A stretch of DNA of 17,669 nt from contig CAZECW010000171.1 in NCBI GenBank assembly GCA_964510585.1, positions 1 to 17,669 of the forward strand. The letters are read 5' to 3'. The translations under genes and the position numbers were made by a program. This DNA comes from an uncultured archaeon (GTDB lineage: Archaea > Asgardarchaeota > Jordiarchaeia > Jordiarchaeales > Jordiarchaeaceae). A model generated the notes under the pieces. It was not told where the DNA came from, ran no database searches, and saw only the letters and a list, made by a program, of their open reading frames with translations. This document shows, piece by piece, positions 1-8,376 of this stretch (position 1 is its first letter; each line of letters begins with the position of its first letter).

Positions 1-1
1 T

Positions 2-154
2 GATCTGGTAAGGCTTCCCAAAGGGAAGCACAAGGGCTTTGAGGGTGTAGAAAGCGTGTCACCGCAGCCTCGGAAAGTGTTCATGAAGGTGAAAGAGACC
101 ATTCCAAACCTCGAAGTGTACAAAAGACTTTTTATGCCCCAGAAAAATTTATAA
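2..154 (+). CDS. 3' end (about 50 codons) of a gene entering from the left edge; product unknown
   Basis: Frame 2 is open from base 2 to TAA at 152-154 (DLVRLPKGKHKGFEGVESVSPQPRKVFMKVKETIPNLEVYKRLFMPQKNL*). Composition is coding-like and the sequence turns AT-rich right after the stop. No motif recognised. Confidence 0.5.
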   Translation, partial: DLVRLPKGKHKGFEGVESVSPQPRKVFMKVKETIPNLEVYKRLFMPQKNL

Positions 155-155
155 A
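148..155 (+). promoter_or_regulatory. Candidate archaeal TATA box (TTTATAAA) for the ATPase gene
   Basis: Canonical TTTATAAA preceded by a purine-rich BRE-like run (CAGAAAAA), about 100 nt upstream of the TTG start. An SD-like GGAGGG sits at 243-248. Confidence 0.35.
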
Positions 156-256
156 AATAAGCGAGTATTTATGTTTAACTTCTTTAGCGTGTACACGCGG
201 CTCATAATTGGGATTCAACCTTCTCTTATTATTTACAGGGAAGGAGGGTATAAAAA

Positions 257-3001
257 TTGATAGAAATTAGAAACTGGCACAGTATGCCCACAGAGGAAGT
301 AATGAAAATCCTGGAAACCACACCCCGAGGATTAACCAAGGAAGAAGTTTCCAGAAGACAACAAATATATGGACCAAACAAAATCGAGGAAGTAAAAAAG
401 CTATCCGCCCTCAGACTGTTCCTCAGACAGTTCCAAAATGCACTCAACTACATTCTATTTCTAGCAATAGTGATATCAATAATTGGAGCCCACATCGTCG
501 ACGCGATGGTAATCCTAATTATAATCTTCATAAACACCATTCTGGGTTTTGTTCAGGAGTACCGCTCCGAAAAGGCTCTTGAAGCCCTCAAACAGTTGTC
601 CGCACCCAAAACCCATGTAATAAGAGATGGTAAGGAACGAAAAGTAAACACTGAAGACCTTGTCCCGGGAGACATAGTGGTTCTCACCACTGGAGACATT
701 GTACCCGCAGATATGCGTCTCCTCTCTGCAGTAAGACTACGTGCACAACAAGCCATACTTACAGGCGAACCAGGCTCTGAAGAGAAACACATCGAGCCTT
801 TGCCCGAAGACACACCCCTAGTAGACCGACGAAATATGGCCTATTCTGGCACCACCATCACCGGAGGCAGAGGCACCGGGATAGTGGTAGCCATAGGCAT
901 GGACACTGAAATGGGGAAAATCGCCAAGGAAATTTCTGAGGCTGGAGAAGAAAAAACACCTCTCCAAAAGAGAATAACACGCCTAGCAATTCAACTCTCA
1001 ATCCTCGCCGCAATCCTCTCAACAAGTTTGGGCATCTTAGCATTTTTGAGAGGTATCCCTACATACGACGCCCTCATGTTTGCATTAGCAGCGGCGGTGT
1101 CAAGCATTCCCGAAGGACTCATTCTTGTTATCACCCTAGTCCTTGTGGTTGGCATAAGAACGATGGCCAAGAGAAATGCGATTATCCGCAAACTACAGGC
1201 AGTTGAGACCCTGGGCTCTGCAACAGTAATATGCACCGATAAGACTGGGACTCTAACCAAAAATGAGATGACAGCACGCGCCCTATACCTTAATGGTGAA
1301 CTTATAGAAATTACTGGTGAGGGATACACACCTGTAGGTGATTTTCGGAAAGACGGTACCTTAATAAAACCTGAGGAACATCCCCACCTCAGACTATTTC
1401 TGAGGGCTATGGCCCTGTGCAACGACGCTCAAATAGTTCAAGAGGATGGCCGGTTCTCTATTTTCGGCGACCCCACCGAGGGAGCTTTGGTGGTAGCCGC
1501 AGCCAAAGGAGGTATAGAGAAGGAGAAGGAAGAAAAAGAAACTCCCCGCGTAGCAGAGGTTCCCTTCGAGCCCGAACGAGCGTGTATGACTACTGTTCAC
1601 CAGTTCGCAGATGGGAAAAGGCACATCTATACTAAGGGAGCCCCAGAACGTGTGGTAAGCTTTTGTAATGAGATATATGTTAATGGCAAAGCTATAGAGT
1701 TTACTTATGAGCTGCGAAACCAAGTATTGAATGAGGCCCACGAATTGGCAGCTAGGGGTTACCGGGTTCTGGGAGGGGCATACAGAGTGATAGAGGACTC
1801 AGAACAACATTTGGACCTAGATGAGTGTGGCAAAGACTTGGTTTTCTTGGGATTGGTGGGGATAGTTGACCCTCCTAGGAGGGAGGCTATAGAGGCGGTT
1901 GCAAAATGCAAAAGTGCAGGAATCAAAGTTGTCATGATTACAGGTGACCACCGAGAAACTGCCAGAGCAATAGCGGAAGAAATTGGAATAATGACCAAAA
2001 AGGATCTAATCCTTGAGGGAAGGGAACTGGACAAAATACCAGATGAAGAATTCGCAGAAATAGTGGAGTCTGTTAAGGTTTTTGCTCGAACTGAGCCCCG
2101 TCACAAGCTCAGAATAGTAAGGGCGTTGAAGGCTAGGGGTCACATTGTGGCTATGACTGGAGATGGAGTCAATGATGCACCTGCCCTGAAGGAGGCAGAT
2201 GTTGGCATTGCTATGGGCATAACTGGCACCCAGATTACCAAGGAGACCTCGGATATGGTTTTGGCCGATGATAATTTCGCCTCCATAGTTGCAGCAGTTG
2301 AGGAGGGAAGAACAACCTTTGACAATATGAGAAAAGTGGTTGCCTACCTGATAACAACTACTATAAATGAAAACATAGTTTTATTCACCGCTCTTTTCCT
2401 TGGTTTCCCTCTACCCTTCCTACCTCTTCAGATCCTGTGGATTAATATGGTTACTGACGGTCTTTGCGATAAGACCTTGGCGGTTGAGCCAAGGGACAGG
2501 GATGTTCTTCAGGAGCCTCCTCGACCTCCTAAGGAACGGATCGTCACGAGGAGCGTAGCTTATCGGATGGTGTTTTTAGCTTCGATTATGGCTTTGGGAA
2601 CGATTCTTGTTTACTATTTTTCCATTCAGTCTTTGGGACCTTTAGTGTTTATCTATGGTTATAAAGAACCCCGAACCATGGCTTTCTACACCCTTGTTTT
2701 CTTCCAGCTTTACAATGCTTTAAATATGAGGTCTCAGGAATATTCTCTGTTTAAGATTGGGTTTTTCTCAAACAGGTACCTTATTGCAGGTTTCATCATT
2801 TCATTTGTTTTGAACATCTCTATTGCCTATGCTCCGTTCTTCCAAGAACTCTTCCAAATCATGCCGTTACCCCTCAATGACTGGATCATAGTGCTTCTGG
2901 TCAGTAGCAGCGTTTTAATAATAGAAGAAATCAGAAAGCTTTTCGTACCAAAGCTATTCACCAGAAAATCCTCTGCGCCAAAAGGAGTGATTGCCTCATA
3001 G
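257..3001 (+). CDS. P-type cation-transporting ATPase, P2 (P2A/Ca2+-like) family, 914 aa
   Basis: DKTGTLT phosphorylation motif (D328, 1238-1240), TGE actuator motif (761-769), PEGL in TM4, KGAPE, MITGD, GDGVNDAPALK, WINMVTDG in TM6, and a 10-TM hydrophobic layout. GGAGGG SD 8 nt before the TTG start. Confidence 0.95.
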   Translation: MIEIRNWHSMPTEEVMKILETTPRGLTKEEVSRRQQIYGPNKIEEVKKLSALRLFLRQFQNALNYILFLAIVISIIGAHIVDAMVILIIIFINTILGFVQEYRSEKALEALKQLSAPKTHVIRDGKERKVNTEDLVPGDIVVLTTGDIVPADMRLLSAVRLRAQQAILTGEPGSEEKHIEPLPEDTPLVDRRNMAYSGTTITGGRGTGIVVAIGMDTEMGKIAKEISEAGEEKTPLQKRITRLAIQLSILAAILSTSLGILAFLRGIPTYDALMFALAAAVSSIPEGLILVITLVLVVGIRTMAKRNAIIRKLQAVETLGSATVICTDKTGTLTKNEMTARALYLNGELIEITGEGYTPVGDFRKDGTLIKPEEHPHLRLFLRAMALCNDAQIVQEDGRFSIFGDPTEGALVVAAAKGGIEKEKEEKETPRVAEVPFEPERACMTTVHQFADGKRHIYTKGAPERVVSFCNEIYVNGKAIEFTYELRNQVLNEAHELAARGYRVLGGAYRVIEDSEQHLDLDECGKDLVFLGLVGIVDPPRREAIEAVAKCKSAGIKVVMITGDHRETARAIAEEIGIMTKKDLILEGRELDKIPDEEFAEIVESVKVFARTEPRHKLRIVRALKARGHIVAMTGDGVNDAPALKEADVGIAMGITGTQITKETSDMVLADDNFASIVAAVEEGRTTFDNMRKVVAYLITTTINENIVLFTALFLGFPLPFLPLQILWINMVTDGLCDKTLAVEPRDRDVLQEPPRPPKERIVTRSVAYRMVFLASIMALGTILVYYFSIQSLGPLVFIYGYKEPRTMAFYTLVFFQLYNALNMRSQEYSLFKIGFFSNRYLIAGFIISFVLNISIAYAPFFQELFQIMPLPLNDWIIVLLVSSSVLIIEEIRKLFVPKLFTRKSSAPKGVIAS

Positions 3002-3090
3002 TCCTGTTTGTTGCTTCTGTTGGAACCGTTTTTTGAACTTGCTTTTCCACATTTTTTGCCTATTTTTTATTGAGTGTTTTTACGCTAAAA

Positions 3091-3098
3091 TTTAATAA
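3091..3098 (+). promoter_or_regulatory. Candidate TATA box (TTTAATAA) for the USP gene
   Basis: TTTAATAA preceded by AAAA, about 55 nt before the ATG; GGTGA SD at 3144-3148. Confidence 0.4.
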
Positions 3099-3152
3099 GG
3101 TGTTCGCAGAACATTTTTTTCGCGTGTTTATTCATAATTTCAGGGTGATGAA

Positions 3153-3584
3153 ATGTATAGGAGAATAATGGTGGCCACGGACGGTTCTGAACATTCTGTG
3201 AAGGCTGTCGATCATGCAATCGAACTTTGCAAGAGTACTGGGGCGGAACTCTTGGCGGTCAGCGTGGTTAACATGGATGCCATCTCATGCATGGAAGATA
3301 GTGATAGGGATGTTTACTGTAAAGTTCAAGACGCTCTCGAAAAGAGGGCAAGCGACATTCTCAATGAGGTTGAAAAAAAGGCAGTCAAAGAAAATGTGCT
3401 GGTTAAAAAGATAATACAGGTGGGAGACCCCTCAGAAGTAGTAGTGGAATTAGCAAAAAGGGAAGGGGCAGACCTGATAGTGATAGGAACCAGAGGGCTT
3501 CTGGGTGTTAAAAGAGTAGTGCTGGGAAGTCATGCGGAAAAAATTGTGAGATGGGCAAGTGTACCTGTCCTCGTGGTGCGCTGA
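3153..3584 (+). CDS. Universal stress protein (UspA family), ATP-binding type, 143 aa
   Basis: N-terminal IMVATDGSEHS and C-terminal IVIGTRGLLGVKRVVLGSHAEKIVRWASVPVLVV, matching the G-x2-G-x9-G(S/T) USP signature. GGTGA SD present. Confidence 0.95.
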   Translation: MYRRIMVATDGSEHSVKAVDHAIELCKSTGAELLAVSVVNMDAISCMEDSDRDVYCKVQDALEKRASDILNEVEKKAVKENVLVKKIIQVGDPSEVVVELAKREGADLIVIGTRGLLGVKRVVLGSHAEKIVRWASVPVLVVR

Positions 3585-3590
3585 AGCACC

Positions 3591-3615
3591 TTTTCTTTTA
3601 TCCCAATTCCTTTTT
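3591..3615 (+). terminator. Oligo-T archaeal-type terminator candidate after the USP gene
   Basis: TTTTCTTTTA...TTTTT begins 6 nt after the stop codon. Confidence 0.45.
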
Positions 3616-3916
3616 GACAAAAATGTTTTACTATTTTTTTAATAAGCCATTGCTCAGAATTTGGTATACTTCAGTCTATTAAAATATGGGAACCCTAGCC
3701 GATTCGGAGGAGGATAAACTTATCTTACTGTTTCTCATTTCGTTTTCTCAATTTCACATTTTCGTATACTAATCGGAACCATACCTATATTAGTTAGAGC
3801 CGTAAATCTTTATTTTACAAATTTCCAAGTAACGACTCATAATCGAAATTATTGGTGTAATTTTGATCTTATCCTGAAGATTATTCAGAACAATAGACTT
3901 GTTCTTATTTTTAATA

Positions 3917-5158
3917 TTACTTAACTAGTTGTATACTGCTGGGGAATATTCCGGCCCTAGGCGACTTACCATATATTTTTTCGAGTTCTTCAACCATTTT
4001 TTGAAAGTTCTTTTGGAAAATTGTTCTTTTTGGGTAGTAGTGAAGAACATCTGCTCTACTGAGGTTGGGAGAGAATATTCCGAATGGGTTGTTTGATAGG
4101 GCTTGAAACAATAAGTGTTCACCCCAATTTTGGTACAGTCTGCATCCGGTTTCTCCAAGTAAGGAGTGGTATCCACGTCCCTCAGTGGCTGCGGTCATAA
4201 AGATGATGGCCGCATCGCGCTTAAATAGTTCTTGGGCACTGAAAAATATTGGAAATCCCTTTACTGTTTGCGATAACTCGGTGTCCTCTGGATAGAGGTT
4301 GAAGAATCCAATGTCTAGTCTTTCATCTGGGGAAAGTTTTGGTAACTCAGTGTGATACACCTTTTTTGCCAGCTCTACAGCTTTCCTGTGCGCTTGAATA
4401 TAGTGCCCTGCAAAGATCCCAGCGATTCCCCGCTTCATGGTAGAAACCAGATTTATACTGAAATCCAGTCCCACTCTGCTGCAAACGTCTTCAATGTCCA
4501 TCCTCAGTTCAGTAATAAATCCTAACCCCACCCCTATTCCCTTTAATGCGGCTTTATGATTTGCCTCAAGTGTCTGGATGCCGCAAACTCCGGGAAGTAT
4601 TATTTTTGCTCCACCACCGAAACCTGCGAGTGGATGGGGAATTACTGTTCCCACCGCAATCTTCACGTCTGCCTCGTAGTATGTTTTATTTATGTAAATT
4701 GGTGTTCCCCTGTTTGAATATCCTATAAAGACTAGGTTCTCGTATGGGTGGTGGTTTTCAATGTTCACGCTATCCACCACCTTTTCGCCAACCTTTTTTA
4801 TGAAATCTTCCCGGGTCATGGGCCGGTGTGCGCCCAAAGCTGCTATCAGTGTGACATTCTCGTTAGATAATCCTGCCTCATTTAACTCCTCTAGAACAAG
4901 TTCACAAATTGTTCCCGCTCTTGTAGGGCGAGAAATGTCCTCAACTACAATTACTGCATTTTTCTTTCCCCGAGCAATCTCTTGTATAGGAGGCGCTCCA
5001 ATAGGGTTTTTTATTGCAGTTTCCAATTCTTCCAGACTAGTGATCTCCTCTGCATCGCGCATACGAAATAATTGAACACTCCAAGTGTCTGGAAATTCAA
5101 GGACATACTCCTCTTTTCCATACCATGCACTCCAAGGAATCGTGATGGATTGCACCAA
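3917..5158 (-). CDS. LarA-family (DUF2088) nickel-pincer-dependent racemase/epimerase homologue, 413 aa; substrate unknown
   Basis: NPIG, VVEDISRPT (D74, R77), ALGAHR (H111), VIPHPLAGFGGGAKIILPG (H175, K185), ANH (H201) and QTVKG (K300) match in order and spacing the LarA residues D72, R75, H108, H174, K184, H200 and K298. TTG start with a GGTG-containing SD. Confidence 0.85.
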   Translation of the reverse strand: MVQSITIPWSAWYGKEEYVLEFPDTWSVQLFRMRDAEEITSLEELETAIKNPIGAPPIQEIARGKKNAVIVVEDISRPTRAGTICELVLEELNEAGLSNENVTLIAALGAHRPMTREDFIKKVGEKVVDSVNIENHHPYENLVFIGYSNRGTPIYINKTYYEADVKIAVGTVIPHPLAGFGGGAKIILPGVCGIQTLEANHKAALKGIGVGLGFITELRMDIEDVCSRVGLDFSINLVSTMKRGIAGIFAGHYIQAHRKAVELAKKVYHTELPKLSPDERLDIGFFNLYPEDTELSQTVKGFPIFFSAQELFKRDAAIIFMTAATEGRGYHSLLGETGCRLYQNWGEHLLFQALSNNPFGIFSPNLSRADVLHYYPKRTIFQKNFQKMVEELEKIYGKSPRAGIFPSSIQLVK

Positions 5159-5249
5159 CTCTTCTCACACCCTTTACCACAATTAAGCAAAGATTTCCAG
5201 ATTTTTAACTCTACCATTATATAACCTACCTTTAAATCAAGGGTGTTTT

Positions 5250-5378
5250 ATGCATTGGTTGATTGCAGAACAGTACTTATGGTTCATGAAGCCCAAGAGG
5301 CATTCCAACTGCTGTTTACCGCACTCACTGGCATTTGGAAAAATAAGGTTCTCCACACCCACAGCTTATTTCCAGTAA
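5250..5378 (+). CDS. Possible small 42-aa ORF (MHWLIAEQYLWFMKPKRHSNCCLPHSLAFGKIRFSTPTAYFQ)
   Basis: ATG at 5250 with GGGTG at 5241-5245 and palindromic TTATATAA at 5217-5224. This stretch is more GC-rich than neighbouring intergenic DNA. It is below the ORF-track cutoff and no homology was recognised. Confidence 0.2.
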   Translation: MHWLIAEQYLWFMKPKRHSNCCLPHSLAFGKIRFSTPTAYFQ

Positions 5379-5431
5379 GTCTGAGCAACTAATGCTTTTT
5401 AACTAAAATAAAGGTTCGCTTCTTTTTCTAT

Positions 5432-5442
5432 AAAAAAAGAAA
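5432..5442 (-). terminator. Oligo-T terminator candidate after the membrane-protein gene
   Basis: The minus strand reads TTTCTTTTTTT starting about 12 nt past the stop at 5455. Confidence 0.45.
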
Positions 5443-5454
5443 GGGTTGGGGCTG

Positions 5455-6639
5455 TTACCACCACCTCAGAGGTTCACCCTTAACTGCTCGCCAGATAAGA
5501 TATATAACTACTATTACTGTCGAAGCAATGGCTACAAGAGTAACACCGTAACACAGTCCCACAGTAAACAGGGTTAGAAAATTCATGGAAAGACTTGACA
5601 ACCATACTGATATTAGACCAATAGGCACAACTAGTATGAAAAGGTATAATGCAGACAGCCAGCCCTGTTTACTTGAAACTCCATCCTTTTCCGACTCCAA
5701 TTCCGGCACCTTGGCAATCCCAAGAAAAAGTGGAACCGTAAGTAAACATAGGCGTGAACCCGCAGCCTCAATGAAAACATCGAAAGAGATGGAAAAGACT
5801 GTACCACCAAAACTAGCAGGGTAAAGCCAGAAGTTAACAAGCCAAGGCATCCACGACTGGCCACTCATAATCCAGTAGTAGGCGAAGAACACCGCGTAGC
5901 CTCCAGACATCCAAATACTGGGATCAATTACTGGAATTGCCACGTAGCGACGCCAACCCCACAACTGCAAAGTCCAAGCAAACCAAAAAATGTAAAATGC
6001 GAAGGCAGAAAAGTGGAGAGCGGCAAACTTCCAATATCTGGGACGCCTAGCATTCAACGCTGCGAGAGCAACAAAACCAATAATAGTCATAGATATAAAT
6101 GAGCCCACAGCGTTAGGTCTAAATAGCCAACGTACACTAACCGAGGTGCTCCAGACAAATTTGGAATACAGGTCTCCCATAGGTCCAAACACGTGTAGGA
6201 ATGATGGGATTCCTCCGCTGGCAATAAACATGAGAACCGAATCATTGAACAAAAGCAGAACTATTACTATGAGCAGCCACAAAGCCTTCTTGTACTCCTT
6301 CCTGAAAGCGTGTCTCGCAAAAAGGAAAGACAAAACTGTCGGTGTTCCTCCCTCACGGAAAGCCAGAATAATGGACGGAATAGGATATCCGACACTTATT
6401 CCTCCCAGAAGCTGTATTGGAGCACTAAATTCCCGGGCGCCAATGGAGGCTGCGCCTATCTCAGCAACAACGTATAAACTGAAGCCAAAGACGAAAATCC
6501 AGAACGGAGTGCGGTCCCCTTTCCTCAAATAATAAGCCACAATTATTATGCCCACAATGCCAAAGATAATTTCACCAGTTAAGAATCCTCCGTTCGTTAT
6601 GAGAATCATTCGGAGCTGATTAAAGAAGGGATCAATCAT
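5455..6639 (-). CDS. Hypothetical multi-pass membrane protein, 394 aa
   Basis: Long ORF with ATG and GAGGGTGA SD. It has many aromatic-rich hydrophobic segments (roughly 9-11 by eye). No family motif recognised. Confidence 0.8.
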   Translation of the reverse strand: MIDPFFNQLRMILITNGGFLTGEIIFGIVGIIIVAYYLRKGDRTPFWIFVFGFSLYVVAEIGAASIGAREFSAPIQLLGGISVGYPIPSIILAFREGGTPTVLSFLFARHAFRKEYKKALWLLIVIVLLLFNDSVLMFIASGGIPSFLHVFGPMGDLYSKFVWSTSVSVRWLFRPNAVGSFISMTIIGFVALAALNARRPRYWKFAALHFSAFAFYIFWFAWTLQLWGWRRYVAIPVIDPSIWMSGGYAVFFAYYWIMSGQSWMPWLVNFWLYPASFGGTVFSISFDVFIEAAGSRLCLLTVPLFLGIAKVPELESEKDGVSSKQGWLSALYLFILVVPIGLISVWLSSLSMNFLTLFTVGLCYGVTLVAIASTVIVVIYLIWRAVKGEPLRWW

Positions 6640-7180
6640 TTTTTCACCCTCAAGACCAGTTTTGAAAAATTCTTTAATTTATCCAATATTTATTTTTTAC
6701 TCCTAAAATCTACTACATTATTTGAAAAATTAAATAATTAAAAAATACGCAAGAGTAACTTCTCACTTAATTTGTTTGTTTATGTGCAGCTGCCATTTTC
6801 TACGTATGTCAACTTTTTGAATGATTTTTTTGGTTCTTATTTGAAAATTATTCCCTTAGTCTTACAAACGATTATTTCTCGAATTTCTGCAAAGTATTGG
6901 GTTAATTTATTTTTAGGCGGTTTTTCACTTTTCGGATGGTATTACTAGTTTTTGATTAGGTGATGCTTGTATTGGTAAATTTTTTTATATTTTGTTAATG
7001 GTTTTTTAATAAAATTTATTTTTTATTTTTAAATTTAAAATATTATATTTATGAATATTTCTATACTGTTAAACATTTCAGAATTCATTTTAGTGCTGTA
7101 TAGAAAAATTAATAAACAGAAACTATTTACGTTCTTATGAAGGAAGTTAAACAAAAAATTGGTGAGAGGTTGGGTGTAAG
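6640..7180. promoter_or_regulatory. 541-bp AT-rich divergent promoter region (membrane protein / htpX)
   Basis: Lies between two divergent starts with no ORF in the track. Contains a 51-bp A/T-only run at 7002-7052 and TTTGAAAAAT twice (6661, 6721). Confidence 0.55.
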
Positions 7181-8146
7181 ATGCGCACTCTTGGCTTAAA
7201 GGTGAGAATGTTTATAGTAATAGCGCTACTGTTCTCAATCCTCTTTGCATTATTTGCCGGCATATCCTACCTGCTCGGTTACTTCCAGCCCTGGATGTAT
7301 GTTATCATGGCACTAGTTATCATGGGCATACAGTACTTCACTGGTCCCTACATTGTCGGTTGGACTATGAAAGTGAAGTATGTGACTCCGCAGGAGGAGC
7401 CTCGGCTGCACCGCATAGTGGATGGTTTAATCTGGAAGCTAGGAATACAGAAGCCCAAAATAGGAGTATCCCATGTTAAGGTTCCCAACGCCTTCGCCTT
7501 CGGAAGATGGAAAAGCGATGCTCGCGTGGTGGTGACCAAGCCCCTGCTAGAAAAACTTGATGACGGTGAACTAGAAGCCGTAATAGGACATGAATTATCC
7601 CACGTGATTCACCGAGACATGATCGTACTAACAGCTATCAGCGTTATACCTTTGATATGCTACTACATCTTCCTGAGCTTAGTGTGGGGCGGAATGGGAA
7701 CGGGAGGAAATAGAAACGCCGGATATGCTGTACTAATTGGACTAGCAGCCTTCGTCATGTATTTTGTGACGAATCTACTGGTTCTCTGGGTGAGCAGAGC
7801 AAGGGAATACTATGCAGATGCGGGCAGCGCAGAAATGACCAATCAACCATACAACCTAGCTTCAGGACTTTACAAACTGGTGCTAGCAAGCAAAGACCTA
7901 GATGAAAAAGCTCTCCATGAAGTCGAAGGGGTAAAAGCCTTTTTTGCAACAGATCCTACTAAGGCTGCAGGAGAAATCAGAATGCTCATTGAGGCAGACC
8001 TAAACAGAGACGGGAAACTGGACGCCTACGAAGTGAAACAATTCGCAAACCAAGCAAAAATGAGAAAATTCTCAGCGCTCGCAGAACTATTCTCAACACA
8101 CCCAAATCCAGTAAAGAGAATCATAAAACTAGCGGAAATGTACTAA
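7181..8146 (+). CDS. htpX: Zinc metalloprotease HtpX (M48 family), 321 aa, with an EF-hand-like insert
   Basis: PNAFAFG, GHELSH (HExxH, 7589-7603), SRAREYYADA third zinc ligand, C-terminal FSTHP, and N-terminal TM helices. SD-like GGTGAGAGG/GGGTG upstream. Confidence 0.93.
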   Translation: MRTLGLKVRMFIVIALLFSILFALFAGISYLLGYFQPWMYVIMALVIMGIQYFTGPYIVGWTMKVKYVTPQEEPRLHRIVDGLIWKLGIQKPKIGVSHVKVPNAFAFGRWKSDARVVVTKPLLEKLDDGELEAVIGHELSHVIHRDMIVLTAISVIPLICYYIFLSLVWGGMGTGGNRNAGYAVLIGLAAFVMYFVTNLLVLWVSRAREYYADAGSAEMTNQPYNLASGLYKLVLASKDLDEKALHEVEGVKAFFATDPTKAAGEIRMLIEADLNRDGKLDAYEVKQFANQAKMRKFSALAELFSTHPNPVKRIIKLAEMY

Positions 8147-8376
8147 TGGGAACCCTGAAAAGCGATAATGAAGGATGCGGATAGCGCCCCCTTCAAAAAA
8201 TTTTTCGCTACTTTTCTTTGTCATATAATTCTACCTTTTTCAAAATATTTGATTGAGGTTCTGAAAATTTTTCAAATTAACATTGTAAAGTTGCAAATAA
8301 TTCATCAAAACATGCAAAAATTTAAAAAAAATAAAACTGCTGCGTAGGGGATTATTTTTTTATTTTTGGTGGTGTG

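Noticed and set aside
3921-3936. GTTGTATA half-site resembling the heat-shock operator
   Set aside because: It lies in the last codons of the LarA homologue, has no partner half-site and is not near a promoter.
5229-5395. Minus-strand fragment LLEISCGCGE resembling methyltransferase motif I
   Set aside because: It is very short, interrupted by stops and has no further motifs, so it cannot support a pseudogene call.
7027-7040. Perfect 14-bp palindrome TTTTAAATTTAAAA
   Set aside because: It is A/T-only within a 51-bp A/T run, so it is expected by chance.
6640-7180. Replication origin (AT-rich unwinding element)
   Set aside because: No ORB-like repeats with G-strings and no cdc6/orc1 gene in the window.
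3686-8156. Identical 11-mer ATGGGAACCCT at 3686-3696 and 8146-8156, both in convergent intergenic regions
   Set aside because: About one such 11-mer pair is expected by chance in roughly 3 kb of intergenic DNA, and similarity does not extend.
8146-8200. C/D-box sRNA after htpX (CTGA followed by ATAATGA)
   Set aside because: No proper box C (RTGATGA) and no terminal box D at the right spacing.
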